NCBI GenBank assembly: GCA_963707025.1
Contig: CAVPOM010000013.1
Coordinates: forward strand, 32,001 to 96,000
Origin: an uncultured Verrucomicrobiae bacterium
GTDB taxonomy: Bacteria; Verrucomicrobiota; Verrucomicrobiia; Limisphaerales; Palsa-1400
Length of the DNA: 64,000 nt
Reading direction: 5' to 3'
The translations under genes were made by a program, and so were the position numbers. Position 1 is the stretch's first letter, and each line of letters starts with the position of its first letter. Under the pieces are notes generated by a model, which searched no databases, had not been told where the DNA came from, and was given only the letters and a program-made list of their open reading frames with translations. Of this stretch, positions 48,908 through 59,645 are shown in pieces.

Positions 48908-49554
48908 ATGAGCCAGTACAAATATGCGTGTCCGTATTGCGGACAGCACATGGAATATACCGACGCGCATTCTGGCATGCATATCGCTTGTCCGAAGTGC
49001 CAGCATCCCATCGTCTTGCCGGCCATTCCGGCTGGCAAACTGACCACTTCGCTGCGCCTGGTGCGGCCGGTGGCCAGCCGGCGGCCAAATTTCAGTTCAC
49101 TTTGGCGGGGATCGTGCTGGCTTTGCGGGGCTTCCAGCATTGGAAGATTGTGGGGATGTGCCTGGTGCCCTTTGTCCTGGTGGCCGGAGCTTTGGTGGCG
49201 GCCTCCGCCTCGGCCCGCCACCCAGCGGTCGCGCCGGCAGCGCCCGCCGGGGTGGTGGTGGACCCGCAGGCCTTGGACACGTTGACGGACTTGACCCGCG
49301 CCGACCAGTTGGTGCAGGACCAGTTGGCGGTGGTCAGCCGCGCCTTCGCCGCCTGTCAAGCCGCCGAAAAGAAACAGGAGGCGCTGCACAGCCAGCATCG
49401 CGGCCCGGTTGGCCCGGCGACTTTCCAAGCGGTGGACGAAGCCGCCAAGCGGGCGCATCAGGCCCTGGCCAATGCCCGGAAAGAGTTCGAGACAGCCTTC
49501 GCCCATTACCAAAAGCTCGGCGGCACCATAGATTACCGGCGCCAATTGCCCTGA
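48908..49554 (+). CDS. Zinc-ribbon + TM + coiled-coil hypothetical protein; apparent frameshift at ~49080
   Basis: CPYCGQH...CPKCQ in one frame; TM (IVGMCLVPFVLVAGALVAA) and helical C-terminus in the next. Confidence 0.6.
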
Positions 49555-49666
49555 TTCTTCCCGGCCCGGCGGAAGGCGCTTCGGTCATCATTATCGCTGA
49601 CATCCGGGAATCATCCCGAACGCCCCAAACCAGGGAAACCAATTTGTTCATGGTTCCGGCAGACGG

Positions 49667-51064
49667 TCATGGCGGGCGGGTCTCGCCGATGGCCAGGAGT
49701 TGGTGGCGCGTGCGGTAGAAAAGGGTCCCGTCCGAAACAGCCGCGGTGGAAAGGCAGGTTTCGTTGAGGACGTTGGTCGCGGTGACGGAGAAGCCTCCGT
49801 TGGCGGGGATCACATAGACATTTCCAACCTCACTTGTAAAGTACAAATTCCGCCCGTCGGACACGGGAGAGGCGGTAAAACCTTCCGACCCATTGCCCAG
49901 ACGTTCGCTGTAGCGGAGCGCGCCGGTCCTGGCTGCGAAACAGCTCACGATTCCGTAATCAAAGCAGCCGTAAAGGAAGTCACCGACCACAATCGGCGTT
50001 TGCATGTAGTTTCCCTTGTTCTCCTGCAGCCAGGCCACGCCGGGACTGGCCGGCGGCGCGCCGGTCGGAGTGAGGTCGCCGTGCGCATCGAGCCAAACCG
50101 CGCGCATCGGGCGTTTGGATCCGTGGCCGCTGGTGAAGTAGGCCAGGCCGCCGGCCACGATGGGCGTGGGGACGGGCACGTCGCCGCCGCCGTCCAGTTT
50201 CCAGATTTCCTGGCCGCCGGCGAAGTCGTAGGCACCGGTGTGGTGCCAGCCGTTGACCAGAATCTCGGTTCGTTCAGCCACCTTGGCCACCGTCGGCGTG
50301 CCCCAGGTGGGAACGTCGCGCCGCGGCGTGCGCCATAATTCACGCCCATCGGCCAGATCGAACTCGGCCAGGAACGAATCCCCCAGCACATCGCACAGCA
50401 CCACCACTTTGCCATCATGAATCACCGGCGAACTGGAAAATCCCCACTGCGCGTTGGTAGCCATATAGTACCCGGACCTCATCGGGCCGAGGTCCTTTTT
50501 CCACAGCAGCCCGCCCTCGCGATCAAAACAGAACAACCCTTCCGAACCGAAAATCGCCGCGATCCGTTGTCCATCGGTCGCGGGTGTCGCATTGCAGTGG
50601 GTTGATTTGGGATGGCGTTTGCCCCGTGGAATCCCTTCGCAGCCCAGCTTGTCCCACACGATCCTGCCCGTGTCCTTCTCCAAGGCCAGCAAGCGCCACT
50701 GATGCGACTCCTGGTCGTTGGCCGGCGTGATGTCGCCGTAAAGACCCACCTTCACATCCTGATTGCCGGGGCCGACCGCGGTGGCGACGTAAACCCTGTT
50801 TCCCCATATAATGGGCGAAGAATGCGCCAGCCCGGGAATCGCTGTGTGCCAGCGGATGTTCCCGCCTTCTGCGACATTCCAGTGAATTGGCGTCGGCGCG
50901 CCCGCCTCCACCCCGCCGGCCCCGGGACCGCGAAACTGGGGCCAGTCGGCAGCCGCGGCGCCGCCGGCCCAAAGGAGAGCCAGGAAAAACTCGGCGTTGC
51001 GTGTGTTGCTCACGTTGGAAAGGAAACAAAAAACCAGCCGCGCCGTCAAGCGCGCCGGTGCCAT
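49667..51064 (-). CDS. PQQ-binding-like beta-propeller (BamB-like) exported protein; start may be GTG 51013
   Basis: ADWPQFRGP, IPGLAHSSPIIWG, SSPVI, WGTP and FTASPV. Confidence 0.85.
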   Translation of the reverse strand: MAPARLTARLVFCFLSNVSNTRNAEFFLALLWAGGAAAADWPQFRGPGAGGVEAGAPTPIHWNVAEGGNIRWHTAIPGLAHSSPIIWGNRVYVATAVGPGNQDVKVGLYGDITPANDQESHQWRLLALEKDTGRIVWDKLGCEGIPRGKRHPKSTHCNATPATDGQRIAAIFGSEGLFCFDREGGLLWKKDLGPMRSGYYMATNAQWGFSSSPVIHDGKVVVLCDVLGDSFLAEFDLADGRELWRTPRRDVPTWGTPTVAKVAERTEILVNGWHHTGAYDFAGGQEIWKLDGGGDVPVPTPIVAGGLAYFTSGHGSKRPMRAVWLDAHGDLTPTGAPPASPGVAWLQENKGNYMQTPIVVGDFLYGCFDYGIVSCFAARTGALRYSERLGNGSEGFTASPVSDGRNLYFTSEVGNVYVIPANGGFSVTATNVLNETCLSTAAVSDGTLFYRTRHQLLAIGETRPP

Positions 51065-51501
51065 CGCGGCAACGAAGGGACCCCTGCATTATTCCGCCCG
51101 CATTTTTCCGGCATCGTTTTCGTTTTGAAAATGTTGGAGGAAGGCCCGTTCTCAGAAAGTCATTTTTGTAAAGGGGTAGGCGTCGGTCCCGAATGGCCCT
51201 TAGATAATGCGTAAAGCACTGCCAATCAACGAGCTCTGTGAGTGCTCCGTAATCACCGACGCCGAAAGCCGCGATGCATCTCCGAGGGAAGCCACAAATG
51301 CGATTTTTCTGGCTTTCCTGCCCGTTTGAAAATCGCATTATGTAAGGTGCTGCAAATAAACATATTAAGAGCAGAATTCCTTATCTAAGGGCCATTCTTA
51401 ACTGATAACCTTTATGACCCCTGTACGATTGGGCTAAAGCAACCGGAAGCGAATCCGGCCAACAGCAGCGCGCCAAAAAGGAGCAACGATTATTTTTTAT
51501 A

Positions 51502-54500
51502 TTATCGCGAACGCACCCGGTAAAGGCGACTTGAATAATTCGTCCACTGGGGGTCGCTGAAATAATAAGAGCCGCCAGTAATGGTGTTGGTCGCCAGCGG
51601 AGACCAGACGTGGTTTGCCAAATTTGTGGAGGCTTCCACCACGACGCTCATGCCGTCCGCCCAGGTGACGTCGAACCCAAAGTGATTTGTCTGCACGCCG
51701 AAACTCGAATTGCTGGTTAGCACTTGAGGCGTCCATAGTGCTGTTGGAACACCGGCAAAGTTCGTGGCCCAGCCCGTGGTTTCTGGCAAATAATAGACGG
51801 TTACATTGTTGTCATACACGAAGACATTTGTCCCACCAAGGCTGGGGGCGCTGCCTTCCATATAGACGCTGACCAGATTCAGGCAACTAACGAATGCATA
51901 GTTTCCGATACTCGTAACGCTATTGGGGACAATGGCAGTGGTCAGAAGGCAGTTAGCGAACGCATTGTCTCCGATGGTGATGACGCCGCTGCCGATGGTG
52001 ACGTTGGCCAGGCTGAAGCAGTCCTCGAATGCACAGTCCCCGATGTTAGTGACGCTATTGGGAATAGTCACGTTGGTCAGGTCGGAGCGGAAAAACGCAG
52101 AGCCACCGATGGTGAGGACGCCCTTGGGAATCTTGTAGGAGGTTGCGAAGTTGCCTGCCGGGTACTCGATAAGCGTGGTCTGGCTCTTGTCGAACAAGAC
52201 CCCATCCAAGCTGCTGTAAAATGTGTTTCCTCTATCGACATTGATAGCCGCAAGGTCTCCGCAATATTCGAAAGGCGAGTCTCCGATGGAGGTAACGCCG
52301 CTGCCGATGGTGACGTTGGTCAGGCTGGCGCAGGCCTCGAATGCACCGTCCCCGATGCTGGTGACTCTATTGGGGATAGTCACGTTGGTCAGGCTGCTGC
52401 AATCCAAAAAAGCCTCGTCTCCGATGCTGGTGACGCTATTGGGAATTGTCAGGCTGGTCAGGCTGCTGCAGCCAGAGAACTCTTGTTCCCCGATGTTGGT
52501 GAGACCGCTGCCAATTCTCACGCTGGTCAACGGGCAATACTCAAAGCTCCGTGCCCCAAGGCTGGTCACGCTGTTGGGAATCGTCACGTTCGTCAGGCTC
52601 GTGTTGTTGAATGCGTCCGCACCGATGCTGGCCACGCTGTTGGGGATGGTGACGCTGGTCAGGCTGCTGCAATTTTCGAACGCAGAGTCTCCGACGGTGG
52701 TGACGCTGTTGGGAATCGTGTAGGAGGTTGCAAGGTTGCCTGCTGGATACTCGATAAGCGTGGTTTGGCTCTTGTCGAACAAGACCCCGTCCAAGCTGCT
52801 GCAAAATGTGTTGCCCATATCAACATTGATAGCCGCAAGGTTTCCGCAATATTCGAAAGCCGAGTCTCCGATGGAGGTAACCCCGCTGCCGATGGTGACG
52901 TTGGTCAGGCTGGCGCAGTCCTCGAATGCACCGTCCCCGATACTGCTGACGCTGTTGGGGATCGTGATGTTGGTCAGGCTTTGGCAGTAATCGAACGCAT
53001 CGGCTCCGATGGTGATGACGCCGCTGCCGATGGTGACGCTGGCCAGGTTGAAGCAGTCCTCGAATGCGTTGTTCTCGATGCTGGTGACGCTTTTGGGCAT
53101 CGTCACGCTTCTCAGGTTCTGGCAGAAATCGAAGGCAGCGTCTCCGATGGTGGTGACGCCTTTGGGAATAGTGTAACTTCTGCCCAGTCCACCCGGATAT
53201 TGAATGAGCGCGGTCTGGCTCTTGTTGAACAAGACTCCATCAACACTATCGTAGGCCGGATTGTTTGTCTCCACGTTTATTGCGGTCAGATTGATGCAGG
53301 CGCCGAAAGAATTGGTTCCGATGCTGGTGACGCTGCCGGGTATTGAAACGTTGGTCAAAGTGAAGCAATAAGCGAACGCCCCGTCTCCGATGCTGACGAG
53401 ACTGTCGGGCATGGTCACGGCGGTCATGGCGTCACCAGCGAACGCGTTCGTTCCGATGCCAGTCACCGGCAGGCCACCGAGCGTGCCGGGAATGGTCAAC
53501 GCTCCACCACCGCCAGTGTAGCTGGTAATGGTGACACTGGTCCCGTCGGAGTTGGTTGTGAAACTGAATTGGCCTTGTACCCCAGAATTGGCCAGCGCCC
53601 CGACAGAATGGCAGGTGGGCGGCGGCAGGGGCAATTGCAGACCCGCCATCGCGAAGAGGTCGTGGCTCGCCCGGTTAAGCAAATCCTGCAGCGATGTGCT
53701 ACCAAGGGTCAGGCTGTTTGTGTCCGGGCACCAATTCGCTTCCGCGTACTCAACGTCCACGTAGGGGACTTCCAGATATTGAATGGAGTTTGTGCCACAT
53801 GTTCCAGTGTAGAATCCAGCGGCCGGTGTCTGATTGAAGAAGACCGTTAGAATGTTGTAAGCGGCTTCCACTGTGGTGGGCTGGCAATTTGTATCCGTCG
53901 GATCAAGGCAGCCTACCTGTTGCCGTTGGCTCCCGGATACCGGATAATCAAATTCAGCCCCACCGCGAAATGGAGGCGATGGTGGCACAAGCGAAGTCAG
54001 CAGCTTCACGCCGGCAATGCCAATGTCGCCAGTGAGAAGAGTATCGGGGCTGGTGGCTGTCATCCCACCGACTCGGGTGGATTTTCCATTGGGACCCTCG
54101 ACTCCGGCAAAGAACGACAGAATCTCTGTTTTCGCTTCACAAGGCAAGCACTCTTGGTAAAGGTTGCTTTTTTTATTCGTGCTGTTAGTGCTAGCCTGGC
54201 AGTCCATGGCGTACAGTACGTTGTCGCTGTGCGGTGTTACTTCATGGCTGGGGAAGGGGAACTGGTCACCCGCGTCAGGACTCAGGCACAGGGTCACGCC
54301 TGCAAATATTTGTTCGTACATTTCAATGGTTTGCTCCCACTGATCAATGAACACCTGATCCGTGTTCCGGTACTGGCTGTTGGCCGGAAAGGAATTTGTA
54401 ATGAGTATGTTCCACGCATCGTCTGCGTTCGTGCCTGAAATTTGTGTCGAACCGAAGGCAGTGGTAGGGAGAAGCATCTCAGGTGACCCGCACACCGGAC

Positions 54501-55170
54501 CCGCGATGGCGATGGAGACGAATGCGGGATTGAAGCCGTATCTGGCATTGAGATGGATTAGGAAATCCTGCCACGCCGCCTTGTAGACGGGGTTCCAAGG
54601 CAGCGGCAAGACGTACCCGTCGGAGTGCTGCATTTCCGGGAAGTTCGTAAAAGTAACCGTCCCGCAATTGGTTGCAACGATTCCTGAATTCGTAAAAAGT
54701 CCGTCGCAGGAAGGGATGTTAGTCAACAGCCATGGCGGGGAATCAACGCCGGGAGTGATGATCAGTTGCACAGGCTTGTTGGCCGCATTAGCCTCCGCAA
54801 AGGCGTCGTCCAAGTAACTCCAATCGTAACCATCGGAGCCACCAGGGGAATTGGTGGGATCGTATGGTTCGATGTGGTCCCAGTGCTGTCCTACCGTGAT
54901 GCCTGAAATAGCCGGGTTGGCTAACAAATCCGCGTAGAGCGTGCGAACGAGACCGTGCAATTCCGCTGTGGACGGTGAAGCAGAATTCGTTGAAGCAGAA
55001 TTCTTAAACCCACTTATCGCGGCCTCAACATCCACCTTGGCATAGACGCCCAACGGCCTGGCCGCGCTTTGTAAATCATCGGCCCGGGAGAGACTCGGGC
55101 TTTGTGAGATCAGTAAGATCAATACCCAACAAGCGTTGATATTGCGGGACACGATCATGGTTCTTGACAT
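51502..55170 (-). CDS. Surface protein: GH-A-like N-terminal domain, BspA-type leucine-rich repeats, Verrucomicrobial C-terminal module
   Basis: Signal peptide; YDWSYLD...PPWL...PLPWNP; many LTxVTIPNSVTSIGDxAF repeats; ends VVEASTNL...W...YFSDPQWTNYSSRLYRV. Confidence 0.85.
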   Translation of the reverse strand: MSRTMIVSRNINACWVLILLISQSPSLSRADDLQSAARPLGVYAKVDVEAAISGFKNSASTNSASPSTAELHGLVRTLYADLLANPAISGITVGQHWDHIEPYDPTNSPGGSDGYDWSYLDDAFAEANAANKPVQLIITPGVDSPPWLLTNIPSCDGLFTNSGIVATNCGTVTFTNFPEMQHSDGYVLPLPWNPVYKAAWQDFLIHLNARYGFNPAFVSIAIAGPVCGSPEMLLPTTAFGSTQISGTNADDAWNILITNSFPANSQYRNTDQVFIDQWEQTIEMYEQIFAGVTLCLSPDAGDQFPFPSHEVTPHSDNVLYAMDCQASTNSTNKKSNLYQECLPCEAKTEILSFFAGVEGPNGKSTRVGGMTATSPDTLLTGDIGIAGVKLLTSLVPPSPPFRGGAEFDYPVSGSQRQQVGCLDPTDTNCQPTTVEAAYNILTVFFNQTPAAGFYTGTCGTNSIQYLEVPYVDVEYAEANWCPDTNSLTLGSTSLQDLLNRASHDLFAMAGLQLPLPPPTCHSVGALANSGVQGQFSFTTNSDGTSVTITSYTGGGGALTIPGTLGGLPVTGIGTNAFAGDAMTAVTMPDSLVSIGDGAFAYCFTLTNVSIPGSVTSIGTNSFGACINLTAINVETNNPAYDSVDGVLFNKSQTALIQYPGGLGRSYTIPKGVTTIGDAAFDFCQNLRSVTMPKSVTSIENNAFEDCFNLASVTIGSGVITIGADAFDYCQSLTNITIPNSVSSIGDGAFEDCASLTNVTIGSGVTSIGDSAFEYCGNLAAINVDMGNTFCSSLDGVLFDKSQTTLIEYPAGNLATSYTIPNSVTTVGDSAFENCSSLTSVTIPNSVASIGADAFNNTSLTNVTIPNSVTSLGARSFEYCPLTSVRIGSGLTNIGEQEFSGCSSLTSLTIPNSVTSIGDEAFLDCSSLTNVTIPNRVTSIGDGAFEACASLTNVTIGSGVTSIGDSPFEYCGDLAAINVDRGNTFYSSLDGVLFDKSQTTLIEYPAGNFATSYKIPKGVLTIGGSAFFRSDLTNVTIPNSVTNIGDCAFEDCFSLANVTIGSGVITIGDNAFANCLLTTAIVPNSVTSIGNYAFVSCLNLVSVYMEGSAPSLGGTNVFVYDNNVTVYYLPETTGWATNFAGVPTALWTPQVLTSNSSFGVQTNHFGFDVTWADGMSVVVEASTNLANHVWSPLATNTITGGSYYFSDPQWTNYSSRLYRVRSR

Positions 55171-55607
55171 TTATATCCGCCCGATGTGTCTTGGTTCAGC
55201 GTGAAATGGACTTTTCCAGTTCACGTTTAAGCTACTGCCTGCCCGGGGATTCCTGCCCCCAAGCCCAAGTTTTTTAAGGCATGTGGAGGCTCTGAAATAA
55301 TAGTCTCCAAAGAGTTTTTCGGTGAGGTTTTGGCCTCCCCAAAAAATGGAGACGGTTTTTATTTCGTCGCCTCATCCCGTTATCCCTCGGCAGGTTGCTC
55401 TTCAGAAGAGCCTGCTTCTGTTTCACGGGACGGGGCCATCATCGCCCCTGCCTGCGGTTCTGTCAAGTTGGTTTTTTCCGTCGGCCGAGCCAACGCCGCC
55501 CTGGCGGCCTGCTGAAAGGGTCACTATAGCTTTGTCCCAGTAAAATTTGAACATCCTGGAAATCAAGGACTTATAAACGGCTGGAAACGGTTCCGCCATC
55601 ATCGCCA

Positions 55608-55631
55608 CCACTCCACCACTCCACCACTCCA
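55608..55631. repeat. Octamer tandem repeat (CCACTCCA x3)
   Basis: Seen directly in the sequence. Confidence 0.75.
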
Positions 55632-55710
55632 GTCCCCAACTTAACGGATCCACACGCCTGGAGACCCCCCTCCCGTGCCACGGCTGATCAAAAGGCCGGC
55701 TCGCCGAAAC

Positions 55711-56433
55711 TCATTTTTGCGCGATCTCCAGGTCCGACACGATCGCGCCGGCTTTGAGGCGGATGACGCGCTGGGCGCGCCCGGCCAGCTCGCTGTCGTG
55801 CGTCACGATGACCAGGGTGGTGGCGTGGGCGGCGTTGAGGGCGAACAGGCATTCGATCACCAGCGCGCCCGTCTCGGCGTCGAGGTTGCCGGTCGGTTCG
55901 TCAGCGAAAAGGATTTTCGGCTGGTTGATGAACGCGCGCGCCAATCCGACGCGTTGCTGCTCGCCGCCGGAGAGTTGCAGGGGATAATGGGAAAGGCGCG
56001 CGCCCAAACCGACTTGATCGAGCAAGGGCCTGGCTCTGGCGGCGGCGTTTTTTTGCCCGCGCAATTCCATCGGAACCATGACGTTCTCCAGCGCGGTCAG
56101 GGTGGGAATGAGCTGAAAATTCTGAAAGACAAAACCGATTTTCTCGTTGCGGACGCGCGCCCGCCCGTCCTCGTCCAACGCGCCCAGGTCCATGCCGTCC
56201 AGGCGCACCCGGCCCGAAGTGGGGTGTTCCAGTCCGGCGCACAAACCGAGCAGCGTGGTCTTGCCGCTGCCCGACGGCCCGAGGATGGCGCAAGTTGAGC
56301 CGGCGGCGAGGGCGAAGGAGATATCCCTGACCACCGTGAGCGGTCCGGCGGCGCTGGGGTAGGTTTTGGTCAACTGTTGCGCGTCCAAAATGATTGGGTG
56401 CGAGCCGGCGTGCGTGTCGGGCGAAGAATTCAC
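55711..56433 (-). CDS. ABC transporter ATP-binding protein (YbbA/LolD-like)
   Basis: GPSGSGKT, LSGGEQQRV, ADEPTGNLD and VTHD; GTG start inferred. Confidence 0.9.
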   Translation of the reverse strand: MNSSPDTHAGSHPIILDAQQLTKTYPSAAGPLTVVRDISFALAAGSTCAILGPSGSGKTTLLGLCAGLEHPTSGRVRLDGMDLGALDEDGRARVRNEKIGFVFQNFQLIPTLTALENVMVPMELRGQKNAAARARPLLDQVGLGARLSHYPLQLSGGEQQRVGLARAFINQPKILFADEPTGNLDAETGALVIECLFALNAAHATTLVIVTHDSELAGRAQRVIRLKAGAIVSDLEIAQK

Positions 56434-56434
56434 T

Positions 56435-56713
56435 TTAGGACCTGTAAATGGAGTGCGTCCCGATGTTGGTCGTGACCACCGTATCCCCATCAATATAAAA
56501 AGTAATTCGCAAATCTCCCTCCACGACCACCGCATAAACGGTACGTCCGAAAATAGCGGACAAGGTGTGAATCTTATGGGTGCCTAAACGCGGGTCGAAC
56601 GGGTTCAGCTTGAAGATTCGCCAAAGGCGACGAATGGAAACCCACTGTTCCCGGGGCAATTTCTTAAAATTGCGCCAGAACTGCGGTTGGGCAACGTAGC
56701 GGTAAGCCTTCAA
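56435..56713 (-). CDS. RelE/YafQ-like toxin
   Basis: NPFDPRLGTHKI...DLRITF...NIGTHSIY. Confidence 0.75.
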   Translation of the reverse strand: MKAYRYVAQPQFWRNFKKLPREQWVSIRRLWRIFKLNPFDPRLGTHKIHTLSAIFGRTVYAVVVEGDLRITFYIDGDTVVTTNIGTHSIYRS

Positions 56714-56946
56714 ACTGGCGGAAGCTCAAAATGCTCGTCGCGAATCTCGATGCCCAGGCCATCCTCGGCTTCCTCGAAACCAATCCAGACATCTTCCGGC
56801 ACTTCTGGATGCGCGAAACGCCGCAACTGCCGTTCCAGCGTCTTGAGGGCGGCCGGAGAAAGCTCCTGGAGCGCACCGCGAATGATGCGGGCGCGTTCCG
56901 TTTCCGGCAGGGTCTTGAGCTCGTTGGCCAGCATGTCGGCGGTCAT
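56710..56946 (-). CDS. Putative antitoxin
   Basis: 78 aa with acidic C-terminus; TTGA overlap with the toxin. Confidence 0.7.
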   Translation of the reverse strand: MTADMLANELKTLPETERARIIRGALQELSPAALKTLERQLRRFAHPEVPEDVWIGFEEAEDGLGIEIRDEHFELPPV

Positions 56947-57053
56947 ACGGTTAGTATTGCCGATTTGCCCCGGCGGGGCAAGACACATTTGGGGCGTTTG
57001 CCCCGTTTCCGGCTTGTTCCTGCGAAAAGTTTAGGATAGGATGGGAAACTGGA

Positions 57054-58121
57054 ATGAATATAAACCGCCCTGTTAGATTTCTCCTTTTCCTGGCCATGCT
57101 TCTGACTGTGGCCACCCCCGGCTATTGTGACACGGCGGTCGATTACCTCAATCGCGGCAATGCGAAACACGAAAAAGGCGACTTGGACGGCGCCATCGCG
57201 GACTTCACCAAAGCCATTGAACTCGATCCCGGCTATGCATGGGCCTATGGTCGTCGTGGCAATGCTAAGCAAGCGAAAGGCGACTTCGACGGCGCCATTG
57301 GGGACTACACCAAAGCCATCGAACTCAAACCCGATTATGCGGATGCCTACGGTTGTCGCGGTCAGACGAAGGAATTCAAAGGCGATTTGGACGGTGCCAT
57401 TGCGGACTGCACCAAGGCCATCGAACTCAGACCCAATTATGCAGAAGCCTACGGCGCTCGCGGCAACGCGAAGGCGGACAAGGGCGACTTGGACGGCGCC
57501 ATCGCGGACTACACCAAGACCATCGCACTCAAACCGGATTCTGAGGGGGCCTATACCGGTCGTGGCATGGCGAAGCAAGCAAAAGGCGACGCAGCGGGCG
57601 CATTAGGTGATTACAACAAAGCCCTCGAGCTAAATCCAAAAGACGTTGGGGCATTAGACAATCGAGGATCTCTCCGTTATGACGCGCACGATTTCACCAA
57701 TGCTCTGGCTGATTTTCGCAAGGTTCTTGAGTTGTATTCCTCCATTGATTTTCCCCGTTTCCGGGTTTGGCTGATTCGCGCCCGGTTGGGCGAGACGGAG
57801 GCCGCCACCTCAGAGTTACAAACCTATCTGGCCGGTCGTACGACCGGCAAGCCCGACGACTGGGCTTCCAAGGTCGGCCATTTTCTCACCGGTCAACTGA
57901 GCGAGTTGGAATTCCTGGCCGCCGCCAAAGATGCAGACCAGAAGACCGAGGCGAGCAAATTGTGCCAAGCGTATTTTTACGCGGGTTCAAAACGACTTTT
58001 CGCCGGCGACAAGGCCACGGCCATGGATTATCTCCAAAGATCCATCGCCACTGACAGAAAGGACTTCATTGAATACGCCAGCGCGGTTGCGGAGTTGAAA
58101 GCTTTGAAAGGGCAGAGGTGA
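57054..58121 (+). CDS. Exported TPR protein (NlpI-like C-terminus)
   Basis: Signal peptide; about 6 repeats GDLDGAIADxTKAIELxP; CQAYFYAG. Confidence 0.88.
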   Translation: MNINRPVRFLLFLAMLLTVATPGYCDTAVDYLNRGNAKHEKGDLDGAIADFTKAIELDPGYAWAYGRRGNAKQAKGDFDGAIGDYTKAIELKPDYADAYGCRGQTKEFKGDLDGAIADCTKAIELRPNYAEAYGARGNAKADKGDLDGAIADYTKTIALKPDSEGAYTGRGMAKQAKGDAAGALGDYNKALELNPKDVGALDNRGSLRYDAHDFTNALADFRKVLELYSSIDFPRFRVWLIRARLGETEAATSELQTYLAGRTTGKPDDWASKVGHFLTGQLSELEFLAAAKDADQKTEASKLCQAYFYAGSKRLFAGDKATAMDYLQRSIATDRKDFIEYASAVAELKALKGQR

Positions 58122-58173
58122 ATTTTTTCAGCAAGGGCGTTGTCAGGATGGCAGAATAATGTAGGATTCATCC

Positions 58174-58455
58174 ATGAAGACGGATACCTATCCCTTGGCC
58201 GTGCCGCCCGATCTGCTCGGGGAGGTGCGGCAGGCGTCTCAGGATTTGGGTTTGTCCATGGCGGACATCATGCGGCAGAGCATGAAGCTGGGTTTGCCTA
58301 AACTTCGCGAGCAGTTGTCCCCTGATCCGCTAAAGAACTTGAAGCCGTTGTCGAGAGCGGAGTCCCGCCGCTGCTACCAGCAACCGAACCGCGAATTTGA
58401 CGCGCTGGAACATCACCTCGCCGGCTTGCCCTCCCCGCCCCCGGAAGCGGAATGA
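58174..58455 (+). CDS. Putative antitoxin (RHH-like)
   Basis: YPLAVPPDLLGEVRQASQDLGLSMADIMRQ; ATGA overlap with the toxin. Confidence 0.72.
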   Translation: MKTDTYPLAVPPDLLGEVRQASQDLGLSMADIMRQSMKLGLPKLREQLSPDPLKNLKPLSRAESRRCYQQPNREFDALEHHLAGLPSPPPEAE

Positions 58456-58775
58456 AAGCCTGGGACATTTTCAGTTGGCAGGCTCCCGGCTGGCCCGAGC
58501 TGCATCCGGCCGTCATTGTGTCCCACCCCGACCGGGTTGCCAACAAACAGGGCGTGACGGTGATTATATGCGCCTCCCGAAGGACCAGCCGGCAGCCGGA
58601 ACCCAATGAGGTGATTCTCGATGCCACCGACGGTCTCGACGGGCCGACCCTGTGCAAGTGTGACCTGCTCTACACCATCCAAAAAGCGAATCTAGTGAAC
58701 CGGCGTGGCGGAGTCAGCGCCGAGCGCAGGAGGCAGATCATCGCGACCATCAATCGCGTCAATGGCTGGCTTTGA
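58452..58775 (+). CDS. PemK/MazF family toxin
   Basis: WDIF...HPAVIVS...CDLLYTIQK..L..RRGGVS. Confidence 0.78.
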   Translation: MKAWDIFSWQAPGWPELHPAVIVSHPDRVANKQGVTVIICASRRTSRQPEPNEVILDATDGLDGPTLCKCDLLYTIQKANLVNRRGGVSAERRRQIIATINRVNGWL

Positions 58776-58861
58776 AGCGGCTTGCGCCAGCCGGATGCGA
58801 CGTTCCGAAGATGCAGGGGGAAAATGGGCTTTGTCCCCGATTCAGTTACGGAGTCTCTTGC

Positions 58862-59563
58862 ATGAGCAGGGCAATTGGTCAAACTTGTCCTGTGAACTTT
58901 TTCAGCAAGGGCATACCAAAGGCCGCGCTGCTGGCGGCGTGCCTGGTGCCGGCGGGCGCGCTGGCGGCGCGGGTGGATGATCCGCCCAGGGGCAGCACCA
59001 ATCGCCCTGCCATCCTCGTGCTCGGCGACAGCCTGGCGGCAGGATTGGGGGTTGATCCGAGCGAGGCTTATCCGGCGTTGTTGCAGAAGAAAGTGGACGC
59101 GGCCGGCCTGAACTACGCCGTCATCAACGGCGGGGTCAGCGGCGACACGTCGGCGGGAGGCTTGCGGCGGATCAACTGGTATTTGCGGCGGAGAGTTGAT
59201 GTGTTGATCCTGGAACTGGGCGGCAACGACGGTTTGCGCGGCGTGCCGCCGGCGGCGACGCGGACCAATTTGCAGGCCATCCTTGACACGGCAAAAAAAG
59301 CCTGGCCGAACATCAAGATCGTCATCGCCGGGATGCGGCTGCCGCCCAATCTGGGCCAGGAATACACCGATGCCTTCGAGACAGTTTTTCCGGCGCTGGC
59401 GCGGGAGAACCGGGCGGCCTTGGTGCCATTTCTGCTGGAAGGCGTGGGAGGCAAGCCGGAGTTGAACGCGACCGACCAGATTCACCCGACGGCCGCAGGC
59501 CACCAAATCGTGGCGGAAAACGTCTGGAAAATCTTGAAGCCGGTGCTCGAGGGGAAGCCATAA
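58862..59563 (+). CDS. tesA: SGNH/GDSL arylesterase (TesA-like); start may be GTG 58892
   Basis: LGDSL, NGGVSGDT, ELGGNDGLRG and DQIHP. Confidence 0.88.
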   Translation: MSRAIGQTCPVNFFSKGIPKAALLAACLVPAGALAARVDDPPRGSTNRPAILVLGDSLAAGLGVDPSEAYPALLQKKVDAAGLNYAVINGGVSGDTSAGGLRRINWYLRRRVDVLILELGGNDGLRGVPPAATRTNLQAILDTAKKAWPNIKIVIAGMRLPPNLGQEYTDAFETVFPALARENRAALVPFLLEGVGGKPELNATDQIHPTAAGHQIVAENVWKILKPVLEGKP

Positions 59564-59645
59564 ACAGAATCGTGGCGCGATTTCTATCCGTGCTCGTTGC
59601 CTGGAAAGACTTGCGGAAGGAACCAACTGTAGTGACATTCTGGGT

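Noticed and set aside
55285..55470. Possible IS end/MITE remnant upstream of the BspA gene
   Set aside because: No matching second end, TSD or transposase fragment could be identified
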